Assembly (NCBI RefSeq): GCF_964194155.1
Contig: NC_135901.1
Span: 60,760,001 to 60,824,000, forward strand
Direction of reading: 5' to 3'
Origin: Cetorhinus maximus
Lineage: Eukaryota
Length of the DNA: 64,000 nt
The translations under genes were made by a program, and so were the position numbers. Shown here piece by piece: positions 11,420-24,387 of the stretch. Positions within the stretch are counted from its first letter, which is position 1, and each line of letters begins with the position of its first letter. The notes below the pieces were generated by a model that had not been told where the DNA came from, did not search any database, and was given only the letters and a program-made list of their open reading frames with translations.

Positions 11420-12735
11420 TCACTATGAATCACTATGATCCTTTAAAAGCGGAGGCTGGTGGGGTGAAAAGTGAGGGGAAGAGCAACCCTATCATGGTTC
11501 TGGGAGTGATAAATAAATGAAACTGGCGATAAGGAGAGCTTTGAGATCGGATGAGTCAGTGCTGCTGGAGGGAGAGATCGAGTGTGTCCATACGGCGGCG
11601 CATGGCACTGAGTGTAGATCTCAGGGTGAGGTGAGAACAGCAGTGCGAGGAGCATTCTATGTCCCGGAGATACCTGTCTTCCTGGGTGGATTCAAAACAT
11701 GAGGGATGGAACTTTAGTTGAATCCACATGGGGTAAGTCAGAGACGGAGACAGTCACTGAGGAAGGAACCATGATAGGGTCCCCCTTGTCTTCACTTATC
11801 ACCCCACCAGCCTCCACATTCAAAGGATCATCCTCCACCATTTCTGCCAACTCCAGCATGATGCCACCACCAAACACATCTTCCCCTCACCACCCCCATC
11901 AGCATTCCATAGGGACTACTCTGGGACACCCTGGTCAATGCCTCCATCACCCCTAACACCTCATCCCCTTTCCAAGGCACCTTCCCTTGCAATCATGAAA
12001 GGTGCAACACCAGCCCCTTTACCACCTCCTTTCTCACTGTCCAAGGGGCCAAATACTCCTCTCCGGAGAAGCAGCACTTCACTTACACTTCCCTCAATTT
12101 AGTCTACTGCATTCGCTGCTCCCAATTCGGTTTCCTCTACATTGGAGAGACCAAATGCAGACTGGGTGACTGCTTTGAGGAACACCTTCGGTCTGTCCGC
12201 AATCATGATACAGACCTTCCTGTCGCTTGCCAATTCAACACACCACCCTGCTCTCATGCCCACATGTCCGTCCTTGGCCTGCTGCAATGTTCCATTGAAA
12301 CTCAACGCAAACTGGAGGAACAGCACCTCATCTTCCGATTAGGCACTTTCCAGCCTTCTGGACTTAATATTGAGTTCAACAACTTCATGGCATGTACTCT
12401 CTCCTCTATCCTCCTCCCTTTTTCACCCATTTAAAAGATTTCATTTTATTTTTTCATTTATTCATGTTTTATTCCCTTTTACATCGTCTTTCATTTTGAC
12501 CATGACATCTTTGTCAATCTCTCCTTAGCCCCACCTATCACTGGCCCTCGATCCAGCTTCACCTGCTCCACCCCCGGCAACCAGCACCTTAAAACAGTAT
12601 ACATTTTGTCACATTTCTACTTCTCTTTAGCTCTGAAGAAGGGTCATACAGACTCAAAGCATTAACTTTGTTTCTCACTCCACAGATGATGTCAGACCAG
12701 CTGAGATTTTCCAGCATTTTCTGTTTTTATCTCTG
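11420..12735 (+). mobile_element. Penelope-like retroelement with GIY-YIG endonuclease and an inverted 5' segment
   Basis: 12088-12387 reads NLVYCIRCSQFGFLYIGETKCRLGDCFEEHLRSV..RKLEEQHLIFRLGTFQPSGLNIEF; 11435-11500 is an inverted copy of 11765-11835; hammerhead-like core at 12633. Confidence 0.85.
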
Positions 12736-12989
12736 AATTACTAGTCTAGTAACAATATCACTATTGCATTGTCTCCCCCTCTTGTGGTAAACTAATTTCT
12801 AATGAGAGTTGCTGAATTATGGGGAAGGTTCAGAGACAGCAGTTCTTAAAGGGACACAGCAGCCCCGAGGACACAACCAGCTATAGATCCAGAATATTAA
12901 ACTCCAGCCCAGTTACAGGGATTATTAACATCAGCAGAAACAAACCCCAACTGTCAGAATGAACATGGTTCAATCCTGGATGTGATTAA

Positions 12990-13195
12990 CAAAGAACAAA
13001 GAAAAGTACAGCACAGGAACAGGCCCTTCGGCCCTCCAAGCCTGCGCTGATCATATTGCCCGTCAACTAAAACATTTTGCACTTCTGGGGTCCGTATCCC
13101 TCTATTCCCATCCTATTCATGTATTTGTCAAGCTGCCTCTTAAACACCACTATTGTACCTGCTTCCACCACCTCCTCTGGCAGCGAATTCCAGAC
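12990..13195 (-). mobile_element. CR1 3' tail inserted in the 3'UTR of gene C
   Basis: VWNSLPEEVVEAGTIVVFKRQLDKYM; interrupts the 3'UTR shared with paralogs. Confidence 0.75.
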
Positions 13196-13230
13196 ACAGC
13201 AGCGATAACAGCAGAGTCTGACTTCTGCAG

Positions 13231-13821
13231 TCACTTGTGAACTCGCTGGTGTCTCAGCAAGTTGGATGACTGAGTGAATTCCTTCCCACACTTGGAGCAG
13301 GTGAATGGCCGCTCTCCAGTGTGAAGTCGCTGGTGTACAATGAGGCTGAATGAAGACCTGAATCTCCTTCCACAAGAAGTACAGCTGAACGGCCTCTCCC
13401 CAGTGTGAATTCGCTGGTGCGTTAGCAGGTCAGATGACTGAGTGAAACCCTTCCCACACTCAAAGCAGGTGAACGGCCTCTCCCCAGTGTGAACTCGCTG
13501 GTGTTTCAGGAGGTTGGATAACTGAGTGAATCCCTTCCCACACTTGGAGCAGGTGAATGGCTTTTCCCCAGTGTGAACTCGCTGATGTTTCAGGAGATTG
13601 GATAACTGAGTGAATCCCTTCCCACACTCGGAGCAGGTGAATGGCCTCTCTCCAGTATGAACTCTCTGATGTGCCAGCAGGCTGGATGACCAAATAAATC
13701 CCTTCCCACACTTGGAGCAGATAAACGGTCTCTCCCCTGTGTGGGTGCGTTGGTGGTTTTCAAGCCAGGATGGGTAATTGAATCCCTTCCCACATTCCTC
13801 ACATTTCCATGGTTTCTCCAT
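13231..13821 (-). CDS. C2H2 zinc-finger protein, 7 fingers (gene C)
   Basis: ACCATGG start; [20 protein letters not shown]; intact fingers and linkers; acceptor ttttacag at 14188. Confidence 0.9.
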   Translation of the reverse strand: MEKPWKCEECGKGFNYPSWLENHQRTHTGERPFICSKCGKGFIWSSSLLAHQRVHTGERPFTCSECGKGFTQLSNLLKHQRVHTGEKPFTCSKCGKGFTQLSNLLKHQRVHTGERPFTCFECGKGFTQSSDLLTHQRIHTGERPFSCTSCGRRFRSSFSLIVHQRLHTGERPFTCSKCGKEFTQSSNLLRHQRVHK

Positions 13822-14187
13822 GGTGCGGGCGTCCCTGTGTCTCTCCAGGTTTGATGATCAGTTGAATCCTTGTCCACACATAGAACACGTGTACAATTTC
13901 CCCCTGCTATGAATGGTGTGATGTTATTTCAGGCTGTGTAACTGGTTAAAGCTCTTTCCACAGTCAGTTCACTGGAACACTCTCACTCGGGTGTGTGTGT
14001 GTCTCGGTGCTTTTCCAGTCTCACTGATGTTTGAAATCTTTTCCCACAGGCAGAACAGACAAACATTTCTCCTTCCACATTTAAAGATCGATGACGTTCA
14101 GTTCCTGTTGAATCGAGTGACAGTGTCAAATCTTGATGTGATGTTTGGTTTGAGTTTCCCGTCCGCAAATCCTCCCCTTCTAATTCT
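13822..14187 (-). other. 5' leader made of a linker and three degenerate zinc fingers, containing a uORF
   Basis: MFVCSACGKRFQTSVRLEKHRDTH / FQ*TDCGKSFNQLHSL / YTCSMCGQGFN*SSNLERH; same layout at 9276-9650 and 36644-37012. Confidence 0.75.
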
Positions 14188-15334
14188 CTGTAAAAGGAGT
14201 TTACAAAAGTCATCACTGTAAGAACAGGATAGAAATATAGAACAGACAATTCTTGTTTCTCTGGAACATTTTTTCCTCTCTCGTTTCCCCAAAGCTGCAA
14301 ATCCCCGTCCCACACACTCTCCCTCCTCCCGTGTGCTGAAATCCAAATAGAGATTTGCACAATTTTTTCTCTATCTGCTCAACCAAATTTGTACAACTGG
14401 AGATAACAATATGTTTCATCATTCACTTCAGTCATTACTCGTGACAAAACATTAATCTGAAACCCGCTAACCGACCATACAGAATAGCAGACATTAACCT
14501 TGTGCCCAAAACTTACTGCGTGGTGATTTAGTGAGTGATTGTGAAGGTGGTTTCTCCAAACCTCCCAGGGTTTCCTTCCTTCCTTCTCTCCCTCTCTAAC
14601 TAAGTTAAACCTGGGATCAGTCTCATGGTCTATTCTGGTTCCTGCTTCTCTTCCTGATGACTAATTAACTCCAATTAAACACTGAGAAGACTGAAGATAC
14701 TGTTTTCGGTCCCTGCTCCAATCTCCAGATACCAACTCCATCCCTCTCCCTGGGAACAGTCTGAGATTAAGCCACAACATTGGCATTAAAATTGATCTCG
14801 AGATGAGTTTCTGACCTCATATCTGTATCTGTGTCATCACTAAGGTCTACTGTTTCCACCTCCGTAACATCACCCGACCTCACTTTGTCTCAGTGCATCT
14901 GCTGCTGAAACCCTCATCGCTGCCGTTTTTACCTCCAGACTCGACTATTCCAACACACTCTTGGCTGGTTACCATCCAAAAGTCTTCTGTCCATGTCTTC
15001 ACTTGCAATGTTCCCCTAACACCCCTCTGCTTCCTCACCTGCCTTGGCTCCCGGTCAAGCAGCAAATTGAGTTTTAAATTCTCATCCTTGTTTCCAAATC
15101 CCTCCATGACCTCCTCTCTGCCTATCTCTGTAATCTCCTCCAGCCCCACAAACCTCTGAGATATTTACACTGCTCTAATTCTGGCCTTGTACATTCCCTA
15201 TTTTAATCACTCCACCATTAGTGACCGTGCCTTCAGTTCCCTTGTCCCCAAGCTCTGAGATTCTCTCCCTACACCTCTCCCTCTGTCTATCACACTTTCA
15301 CCCTTTAATGCACTTGAGTATTGTAAAAAAAAAG

Positions 15335-15650
15335 AAACATTCTGTCAAAACATTTAATCTTGTACTCATCAGGACAGACACAAGAACATCAAATTTCAAA
15401 GATTATCAGTCGGGCTCGTAATGTGTCTCACTTACCCTTGCTAGAAGCTACATATATTCATACACAGGGGCCCGTCCTCTGCAGGCATAAGAAACAAGTC
15501 CAGGCAGGGCACCTTTTGTTGAATTAAACAAAAGCACATGATTAATGCTCCCTGGTACATTCTCCATAGCAATGATCAATCAGAACTGACTGGCCAATCA
15601 ATCAGCACCCTTTTCTCATGCAGTATGAACTGTTGTTCCCTATGAAATTT
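15335..15650 (+). mobile_element. Non-autonomous Penelope-like fragment (GIY-YIG C-terminus) with minimal hammerhead end
   Basis: FKIISRARNVSHLPLLEATYIHTQGPVLCRHK; minus-strand TCTGTC-CTGATGA..GACAGA at 15341-15378; paralog at 35110-35480. Confidence 0.6.
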
Positions 15651-15654
15651 GGTT

Positions 15655-16755
15655 TATTTTCAGCCCTGCAATCTCTCTATTTCCTTTTTGAATGACTCCC
15701 ACTGCTCGAACGTAGATTTTCCTTCAAGTAGCTGCTCCCAGTCCACTTTGTCCAGATCCTGTCTTATCATATTAAAATCGACCTTCACCCAATTCGGAAC
15801 CTTTATTTCTGGACCATCTTTGGCCTTTTCCATAACTACCTTAAATCTTACTGAGTTATGGTCACTATTGCCAAAATTCTCCCCCATCGACACTTCTACC
15901 GCCTGCTCGGCTTCGCACCACTGCCTCTCTTGTAGAACTTCCTATGTGTTGGGTTAAAAAGCTCTCCTGGATACATTTTAAGAATTCAGCCCCCTCTAAG
16001 CCTTTCACACTTTGTCTATCCCAGTTAATATTGGGGAAGTTGAAATCCCCTACTATTATTACCCTATTATTTTTACACTTTTGTGAGATTTGCCTATATA
16101 TCTGCCCTTCTATCTCTCACTGACTGTTTGGGGGTTTATAGTACACTCCCAGCAATGCGATTTCCCCCTTTTTGTTTTTAAGTTCTACCTATATCACCTC
16201 ATTTGAGGAGCCTTCTAAGATATCACCCCTCCTTACTGCAGTAATTGACTCCCTGATAATATTGCGACCCCACCTCCTCTTTTACAGTCCCCACCCCTTT
16301 CTTGCCTGAAGATTCCATACCCTGGAATATTGAGCTGCCAGTCCTGTCCCTGCCTCAACCATGTCTCAGTTATAGCAATGACATCATATCCCCATGTGTT
16401 AATCAGCATCCTCAACTCACCTGCCTTACTCGTAAGGTTTGTTGCATTAAAATAAATGCCATTCAGCCTTGCTATGCTCCTTTGTGCCTTAACTTGACTA
16501 TATACATTCCAGACCGACATGTTTTTTCTTCTATACTTGTCTGTGCATCACGCCTACTATACCTCCACTCCTTAACCCACCCCCCTGCCAAATTAGTTTA
16601 AACCCCCACCCATAGCATGAGCAACCACCTCGCAAGGATGTTGGTCCCGTTCCAGTTCAGGTGCAACTCGTCAAATTTGTACAAGTCCCACCTTCCCCAG
16701 AAGTGAGCCCATTGATCCAGAAATCTCAGGCGCTCCCACCTGCACCAACTCTTGG
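15655..16755 (-). mobile_element. CR1 LINE (ORF1 end and endonuclease region)
   Basis: YDVIAITETWL..KRGGGVAIL and GNSDHNSVRF APE motifs. Confidence 0.85.
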
Positions 16756-17339
16756 ACAGTGATGGAGTTTTTTATAATCTCTTTTTTACAGCTTTTTAAA
16801 AACTTGTTCATGGGATGTGAACATCACTAGCTCAGCCAGCATTTATCGTTGATATCTCTTTGCCCTTGGAAAGGTGGTGGTGAGCTGCCTTCTTGAACCA
16901 CTGCAGTCCATGTGCCATTAAGAAGGGAGTTCCAGGATTTTGACCCAGTGACAGTGAAGGAACGGTAAGATATTTCCAATTCAGGATGGTGAGTGACTTG
17001 AAGGGGAACTTCAATATGGTGGTGTTCCCATCTATCTGCTGTCCTTGTCCTTCTAGATGGTGGTGTGTTTGGAAGGTGCTGTCGAAGGAGCCTTGGTGAG
17101 GATTCGCAGGCGGGAAACTCAAACCAAGCATCACATCAAGATTGGACAGGGTCACACGGTTTATCAAGACCTGAATATAATCGTTCCACTTGCTCCACCC
17201 CTCTTAAACAGTATGAAGTCCATGATATTTCAACTTCTCTTTAGCTCTGAAGAAGAGTCATACGGACTCTAGACGTTAACTCTGTCTCTTTTTCCACAGT
17301 TGCTGTCAGACCTGCAAAGTTTTTCCAGCATCTTGTTTT

Positions 17340-17780
17340 TTTGCCCCCTATAAAGATGGCTGCGGCGCATGCGCCCTGATGCACATTGCCCCCAATAAAG
17401 ATGGCGACCGTTACCCCCGTGTCTGTAACTGGGAGAAAGCTGCGGCCTCGCTCGGTGCAAACAGGGAGACGGACCCCGGGAAGTTCTTTTTCCGGGTTTA
17501 CGGATTACGCAACATGTTTACGAAGCCTCCGCGCCCAACCGCCGGATCTATCGCTCCCTCCGCCCCGCCATTAACCCACTCACCGAACGCGGATCCAAGA
17601 AAGAAACTTCTCTCCATCGCCAAAACTCATACTGCGCATGCTTCACTCCCAGCTCGGCCCCGCCCCTCGTTCATTGCGATTGGTTGGAGGACCAGCCGCT
17701 GCCGCTCGGTCCTCCAGGCCCGCCCCCTCTTCCTATTGGCCCGGAGCTGCCGTCAATCAACCGGGCATTGTGACGGTTTC
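17340..17780 (-). promoter_or_regulatory. CpG island promoter, probably of gene C
   Basis: AAGATGGC twice, GCGCATGCGC, GC boxes and ATTGG (CCAAT) boxes; paralogous to 34440-34690. Confidence 0.6.
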
Positions 17781-17901
17781 AGATGGTGAGGGCGGCCACA
17801 GACTCAGCCTGACTTGCTGATTCTTGGCAGCATTTTCTGTTTGGGAATTAGAGCTAGAGATGGATGGTCAGTTCCCCTCTGTCCGGGGGGGATTCACACT
17901 C

Positions 17902-17972
17902 ATTTCCCTAGTGCACTGATTATCACTTTTACTTTACATGAGAAAGTCCCCGGTTCAATCCCGGCTGGAAGC
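17902..17972 (+). pseudogene. tRNA-Val(TAC)-derived pseudogene
   Basis: atttccctagtgcactgattatcac..ttaca..aaagtccccggttcaatcccgg aligns to vertebrate tRNA-Val; more decayed paralog near 23445-23515. Confidence 0.55.
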
Positions 17973-18124
17973 TTTGTGTTTACAATTGTTACTGAGGAGG
18001 AAATTAACAGTGAGTTTAGTTTCATGTCGAACAGGGGGACAGTTATTGTCTCATTCTTTAAAATCCCCTTCTTCACCTTTAAACAGGGAACGATAATCCA
18101 GAGAAAACTGATCCGCTGTGAATC

Positions 18125-18940
18125 CAAAAATAAGATACTGCAGATGCTGGAAATCCGAGCTCAAAACAGAAAATGTTGGAAACACTCAGCAAGTCAAACA
18201 GCTTCTGTGGAGATAGAAACAGAGTGAATGTTTCAGATTGGTGACCTTTTATCCAAACTGGAAGAATTTAAAGATTTAATAGTTTACAAATAAGTACAGG
18301 GTCAGGGAAAGGAGAGGAGGAAAGAACAAGCAGACTTGTGATAGGATGGAAGGCTGGAGTGATTAAATGACAAAGGGATGATGGTGCGAGGCAACATCGG
18401 GTGATCATGAGACAAGGAAATAAACTAATGGGACAAGAGGAGAAACAAAATACAGGTCCAGAGGAGGGATAAATGGTAACAGCAAAATCATCACCAGCAC
18501 CGACTTTCTGAAAAAAATGGGAGTGGTGGTTTTCATCTGAAATTGTTGATCTGAATGTTGAGTCTGGAAGGTTGTAAACTGTCTAATCAAAGATGAGTTG
18601 CTGTTCCTCGAGCTTCCATTGAGTTTCATTGGAACAGTGCAGGAGGCCGAGGACAGAGAAGTCGGAGTGGGAGTGGGGCAGAGGAAAATTAAACTGTAAA
18701 TGATCAGATCCTCAGGACCACACTCACAGACTGAATGGTGATGTTCCACAAAGCAGTCGCCCAATCAGGAGTTATTCTCCTCAGTGTAGAGGAGACTGCA
18801 TTGTGAGCAGTGAATAGACAATACTAAAATGCAGGAAGTACAAGTAAATCACTGTGTTCTGGAAAGTGTGTTTGAGGAACTGGAATGTGGGAAGGGAGGA
18901 GGTGAAAGGGCGGGTGCTGCATCTGCTGTGCTTACATGTA
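18125..18940 (-). mobile_element. Penelope-like element 3' part (decayed GIY-YIG and terminal repeat)
   Basis: GDCFVEH.. and KLEEQQLIF homologous to 12088-12387; terminal repeat at 18125-18260. Confidence 0.7.
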
Positions 18941-19569
18941 AATCATTCACAGTGATGTTCATAAGACACAAGGTATGGGACCAAGGGTAGCTTATAAGGC
19001 CCCTTGAGCCTGCTCCGTGTTTAAATGATCTTCCACCTTAACTCCTCCTTCCCGCCCTATCCCCATATCCATTGATTTCTTTTGAAGCCAAATATTCATG
19101 GATTTCCATATTGAATATACTCAAGATGGAGAAAAATAGATTCAATGCAAGTTTTAATCCAGAAAATTTCCAAACAAGGTGCGCAGAAATTATAAATTCA
19201 CCTCCTCACTGCTTGGCAATCACGTTAACTGAACTTTATACTGGCCCCGTGCTAAAATCTAGTCATTCTCTGACAGATATTCATAATGCCATGAATGGTA
19301 GATTTAGAATAAAAATCGTGCTCCGTTGTGCTGTAAAGGTGAGAGACAACTGTGTAGATGATTCTTAATGTAACAGACTGGCTCATTGGATCTTCTTATT
19401 TCATTCCATCTTATTTTCAGCTCATGGGAGAATTCCTGAAATAGAGGATGATGAATAACAGCTCAAAACCACAGACCACTCTCCCACTGTAATACTGATC
19501 CTTCCACCGTACAGGAATTTGGGACAAGAGTGGATTTGATGCTCAGACTAGCTCTGTCTCTGATTGAGA

Positions 19570-22015
19570 ACATTGATTGAGAAGCACCAGAGAAGGTGCA
19601 AAAAGATTTACTGGAATGATGCCAGAACAGGAAAATGATATCAGCTCTCAAAGATTGAACATATTGGAAAGGCTTCCTCTGGTATAGAAAGTGAGGGGTG
19701 ACCTTATCAAGGTCTTTAAGATAATGAAAGGGTTTCACAGGGTAGACAAATGGAAGATGTCGCAATTGTGGATGGTTGAGGATAAATATAAATTAGTCAC
19801 TAATAAATCTAATATGCAATTCAGAAGCAACTTCTTTAGCCAGAGGTAAAGCGGACTGTAAAAGCTTTTGTAAGTATGTAAAAAAAGTCTAGTGAAGACA
19901 AATGTATGTCCCTTATGGTTTGAAACAGGAGAATTTATAATAGAGAACAAGGAAATGGCAGAGGAATTAAACAACTACTTTAGTTCTGTCTTCATGCAGG
20001 GAGACACAAATAACTTCCCAGAAATACGAGGGAACCAATGGGTCAAGTGAGAGGGAGGATTTGACGGAAATTAGTATTACTAAAACAAGAGTTCTGGAGA
20101 AATTAATGGGTCTGAAAGCCGATAAATCCACCGGGCTCGATAATCTACATCCCAGTGTACTAAAGGAGGTGGCCATGGAAATAGTGGATGTGCTGGTTCT
20201 CTTCTTCCAAAATTCTGTATATTCTGGAACAGTCCGGCAGATTGGAGGGTGGCACATGTAACCCCACTATTTTAAAAAGGAGGGAGTGAGAAAACAGTGA
20301 ATTAAAGATCAGTTAGTCTAACATCAGTAGCAGGGAAAATGTAAGAGTATTATAAAGGATATGATAACAGGATATTTAGAAAATATTAACGGGATTAGAA
20401 AAAGTCAACATGGATTTATGAAAGGGAAATCATGTTTGACAACCCTACTGGAGTTTTTCTGAGGACGTAACTAGCAGAATAGATAGAGGAGAAGCAGTGG
20501 ATGTCGTGTATTTGGATTTTCAGAATGCTTTTGATAAAGTCCCACATCAGAGGTTAGTGTGTAAAATTACAGCACATGGGATTAGGATAATATATTGGCA
20601 TGGAATACGAATTGGTTAGTAGACACGAAACAGAGAGTAGGAATAAATAGTTCTTTTTCAGAGTGGTGATTCGTGAGTTACCACAGGGATCAATGCTTTG
20701 GCCACAACTGTTCACAATATATATCAATGATTTGAATGGGGGAACCAATGTAATATTTCCAAGTTTGCTGATGACACGAAACTTGGTGGGAATGCGAGTG
20801 TTGAGGAGAGTGTTAAGAGGCTTCAAGGCGATTTAGACAGGTTGAGTGAATTGGCAAATACATGGTAGATGCAGTATAACTGGATACGTGTCAAGTTATC
20901 CATTTTGGTCAGAAAAACACTGGCAGAGTATTGTTTAAATGGTGAATGATTGGGAAATGTTGATGTTCAAAGGGACCTGGGTGTCCCTGTACACCAATCA
21001 CTGAAAGCAAACATGCAGGTGCAACAAACAGCTTAGAAGGCAAATGGTATGTTGGTCTTCGTTGAGAGAGGACTTGAGTACAGGAGCAAGGATATCTTAC
21101 TGCAGCTGTACAGGGCCTTGGTGGAATACTGCGCACAGTTTTGGTCTCCTTACCTAAGAAAGGATATACTCGCCATAGAGGGAGCGAAGCGAAGGTTCAC
21201 CAGACTGATTCCTGGGATGGCAGGATTGTTGTATGAGGAGAGATTGGGCCAACTAGGCCTGTATTCACTGGTCTTTAGAAGAATGAGAGGAGATCTCATT
21301 GAAACATATATAATTCTGACAGGGATGACCAGACTGGATGAAGGGATGATATTTCTCCTGGCTGGTGGGTCTAGAACATGGGGTCACAGTCTCAGAATAC
21401 GGGGTAGGCCATTTAGGATTGAGTTGAGGAGAAACTTCTTGACTCAGAGGGTAGTGAACTTGTGGAATTCTCTACCACAGAGGGATGTGGAGGCCAATTC
21501 AGTGAATATATTTAAGAGGGAAAAAGAGAGCTTTCTGAACTCTAAAAGCTTCAAGGGGCATGGGGAGAGAGCTGGAGTATGACGTTGAGAGAGAGCATCA
21601 GCCATGATCATATTGAAAAGCGGAGTAGACTCGAAGGACCGAATGGCCTATACTCCTGCTCCAATCTTCTAAGTTTCTATATGTTCAAAATCATGAAGGG
21701 GCTGGATAGAGTAGATAGGTCGAAACTATTCCGGCTCGTAACGGGATCGAGAATGGGAGGGCACAGATTTAAAATGATTTGCAAAGGAAGCAAATGTGAT
21801 GTGAAGAAAGACCTTTTCACACAGCAAGTGGTTCTAGACTGGAGGCAGGTTCCATCGAGGCATCCAAGAGGAAAATAGATGATTATTTGAATAGAAACAA
21901 TGTACAGGGCTATAGGGAAAAGGCAGGAGAATGGCACTACGTCATGATGCTCATTTGAAGAGCTGGTGTGGACAAAATGGGCCGAATAGCCTCCTTCTGC
22001 ACCATAACAGTTCTC
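19570..22015 (+). mobile_element. CR1 LINE RT region with 3' tail (nested fragments)
   Basis: QHGFMKGKSCLT, VDVVYLDFQNAFDKVPH, SKFADDTKLGG and ORF 21049-21582 (YCAQFWSPYLRKDI..LWNSLP). Confidence 0.9.
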
Positions 22016-22219
22016 TGAAAATTTCAATTATCCTCCGCCTTGAAACATACAGGCACTTGGTAGCTGAACAGTCTCCACTAAAATAAATAAATAACGAAAT
22101 AAATCTCCTCTTGCATATTTTGAAGCTGTTTTGTTTTCTCTGTATGACCTTAATATGAAGCTACATGACTAATGTTATTAACGTTTAGGTTGGTAAAAAT
22201 GAGGAACTGAAGCACAATA

Positions 22220-22435
22220 ACACACACAGACACACACCCGAGACTGACAGACGAAGTGGGTCTCTCAGGAGAGACACACACAGACACATGCCCGAGACTG
22301 ACAGACGGAGTGGGTCTCTCAGGAGAGACACACACAGACACACGCTCGAGACTGACAGACGGAGTGGGTCTCTGAGGAGAGACACACACAGACACATACA
22401 CCGAGACTGACAGACGGAGTGGGTCTCTCAGGAGG
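22220..22435. repeat. Minisatellite, 4 x 54 bp
   Basis: Unit acacacacagacacaYRcccgagactgacagacggagtgggtctctcaggagag starting at 22220, 22274, 22328, 22382. Confidence 0.9.
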
Positions 22436-22623
22436 GACAAACTCCCTGAAAGCAAGGATGTCATCAACTTGGCTCAGTTTTTGCTCCATTTTCGGCTGGA
22501 AATTTGGTGAATGATTGTAAATGAACGGAAATAAGAAAACAAAGAGTTTTGGGATGGTTTTTGTTCCAATTACCCGATAATTAATTCGGTGGGCACCTGG
22601 TTAATATTGGAAATGATGAAGAG

Positions 22624-22705
22624 CGCAGTTAGGAGAATTCATACCTGTGCATGGAGACCACAATAAATTTGAAAACCATCACCTTCGCCACTCAGCCATT
22701 AATAT
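22624..22705 (-). pseudogene. tRNA-Ser-derived pseudogene with TCA at the anticodon position
   Basis: 82 nt colinear with tRNA-Ser; loop reads TTTCAAA; broken stems and T-loop; followed by the same 3' flank as the Ser copies at 49-62 kb. Confidence 0.65.
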
Positions 22706-23626
22706 GTGCCTTGCAATCTGTGCTGTTGGTTGAGACAGAAATCTCAATAAAATTAACAAAAGGAACACTTAGGGAAAATTTTGAGGTGTTGTAGCCCACA
22801 AGAGATACAGAACAAGAACTAGAATGTGGGATTAGGCTGGTTTGTTCTTATCCTGCCAACATGGACATGATGGATCGAATGGCCTCCTTCAGGGCCGTAA
22901 AGATTTTTAGTTTTCAATGTTTCAATGCTTCAGAATAATCATGCCCACCCGCTTCCCCTGTCTTATGAGTGTTTGCTCAATTAAATGTTTGTAAAAGGTA
23001 ACGGTGGGGAAGGATTGAGAGTTTTCAGTGTGGGACAGAAGTGACATGGATCAACAGAGAAGCAACACTTTTCCAATTAGAGCAGAAATAGATGACAGAT
23101 ACAGAATCCCTCTCCCACCTTTGGAATCTTTACTAATTCCATCACCATCACTTTTGCCTTTCATCCTTATCCCTTTTGTTATTTATTCTCTCCTGCCTTC
23201 CGCCCGATCACAAACCTTCCCTTCTGTTCTTTCCCTCTCCCCCTCCCCCGTCTGTGAACTTTCTGAAAATCTGTAACATCTCTTGCTTCTTTCCATTTCT
23301 GATGAAAGTTCAGCGGCCTGAATTGTTAACTGTTTCTCTTTCCACAGGCTCGGCCCAACTGCTAAATATTTTGAGCATTTTCTGGTTGGGAATGAGAGCG
23401 ATCAATGTATGGCCATTTCCCCTCTGTCCGGGATGTGTGACACTGATTTCCTGAGTGCAGTGGTCATAATGTTTGCTTGAAATGTGAAATTAGCCGGTGA
23501 GATCTCACCTCGAAGATTTGCCATTCAATTGTTTCAGAATGGAGTTGGCACAGTGATAAAATCAGCGAGGATTAATCCAGAGGCCCAGGCACAAGGCTTC
23601 AGATTCCAACAAAGCTTGAGATTTAG

Positions 23627-24240
23627 CTTTTTTTTATTCTTTCATGGGGTGTCGTTGTCGCTGCCTCGGCCAAAATATATTTTCCATCCCTAATTGCCTT
23701 GAGAAGGTGGTGGTGAGCTGCTTTCTTGAACTGCTGAAGGCCATATGTTGTGGGTACACATACAGTGCTGCTCGGGAGGGAGTTCCAGGACTTTGACCCA
23801 GTGACAGTGAGGGAACAGCGATATAGTTCCAAGTCAGGATGGCGTTTGGCTTGGAGGGGAATTTGCAGGTGGTTGTGTTCCCATGCATCCTCTTCCCTTG
23901 TCCTTCGAGGTGGTAGAGGTCACGGATTTGGATGGTGCTGTTGAATGAGCGTTGGTGAGTTGGGAATTGAATTAATAAATCTGGAATTGAAAGCTAGTCT
24001 CAGGAATGGTGAAGTAAAGCTTTCTTCAATTGTCATGAAAACCCATCTGGTTCACTAATATCCTTTAAGGAAAGAAATGTGACGTCCTTACACAATCTGA
24101 ACTACATGTGATTCCAGACCCACAGCAATGAGGTTGACTCTTAACTGCCCCAAGAAATAGCCTAGCAACTCCGTTCATGGGTTATTAGGGATGGACAACA
24201 AATGCTGGACTTGATAGTGACACCAACATCCCATGAAATA
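23627..24240. mobile_element. LINE 3' fragments (family ending cacatcccatgaatgaa) in inverted arrangement
   Basis: WNSLPSSTV..LQQFKKAAHHHLLK, same family as 47245-48029 and 62460-63832. Confidence 0.65.
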
Positions 24241-24387
24241 ATATATTGAAAGATGAGCAATTGGCACTTTGTTTAATTTCATGTCGAACAGGGTGACAGT
24301 AACTGCGGTCTCATTATTTAAAACCTCGATATTTTACCTATTTAACCAGGTAAAGTTAAGTGAGAGAAAACTGATTCACAGTGACCC

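Noticed and set aside
22220-22435. CRISPR-like array
   Set aside because: Units are contiguous near-identical repeats with no unique spacers, in a eukaryotic context with no cas genes.
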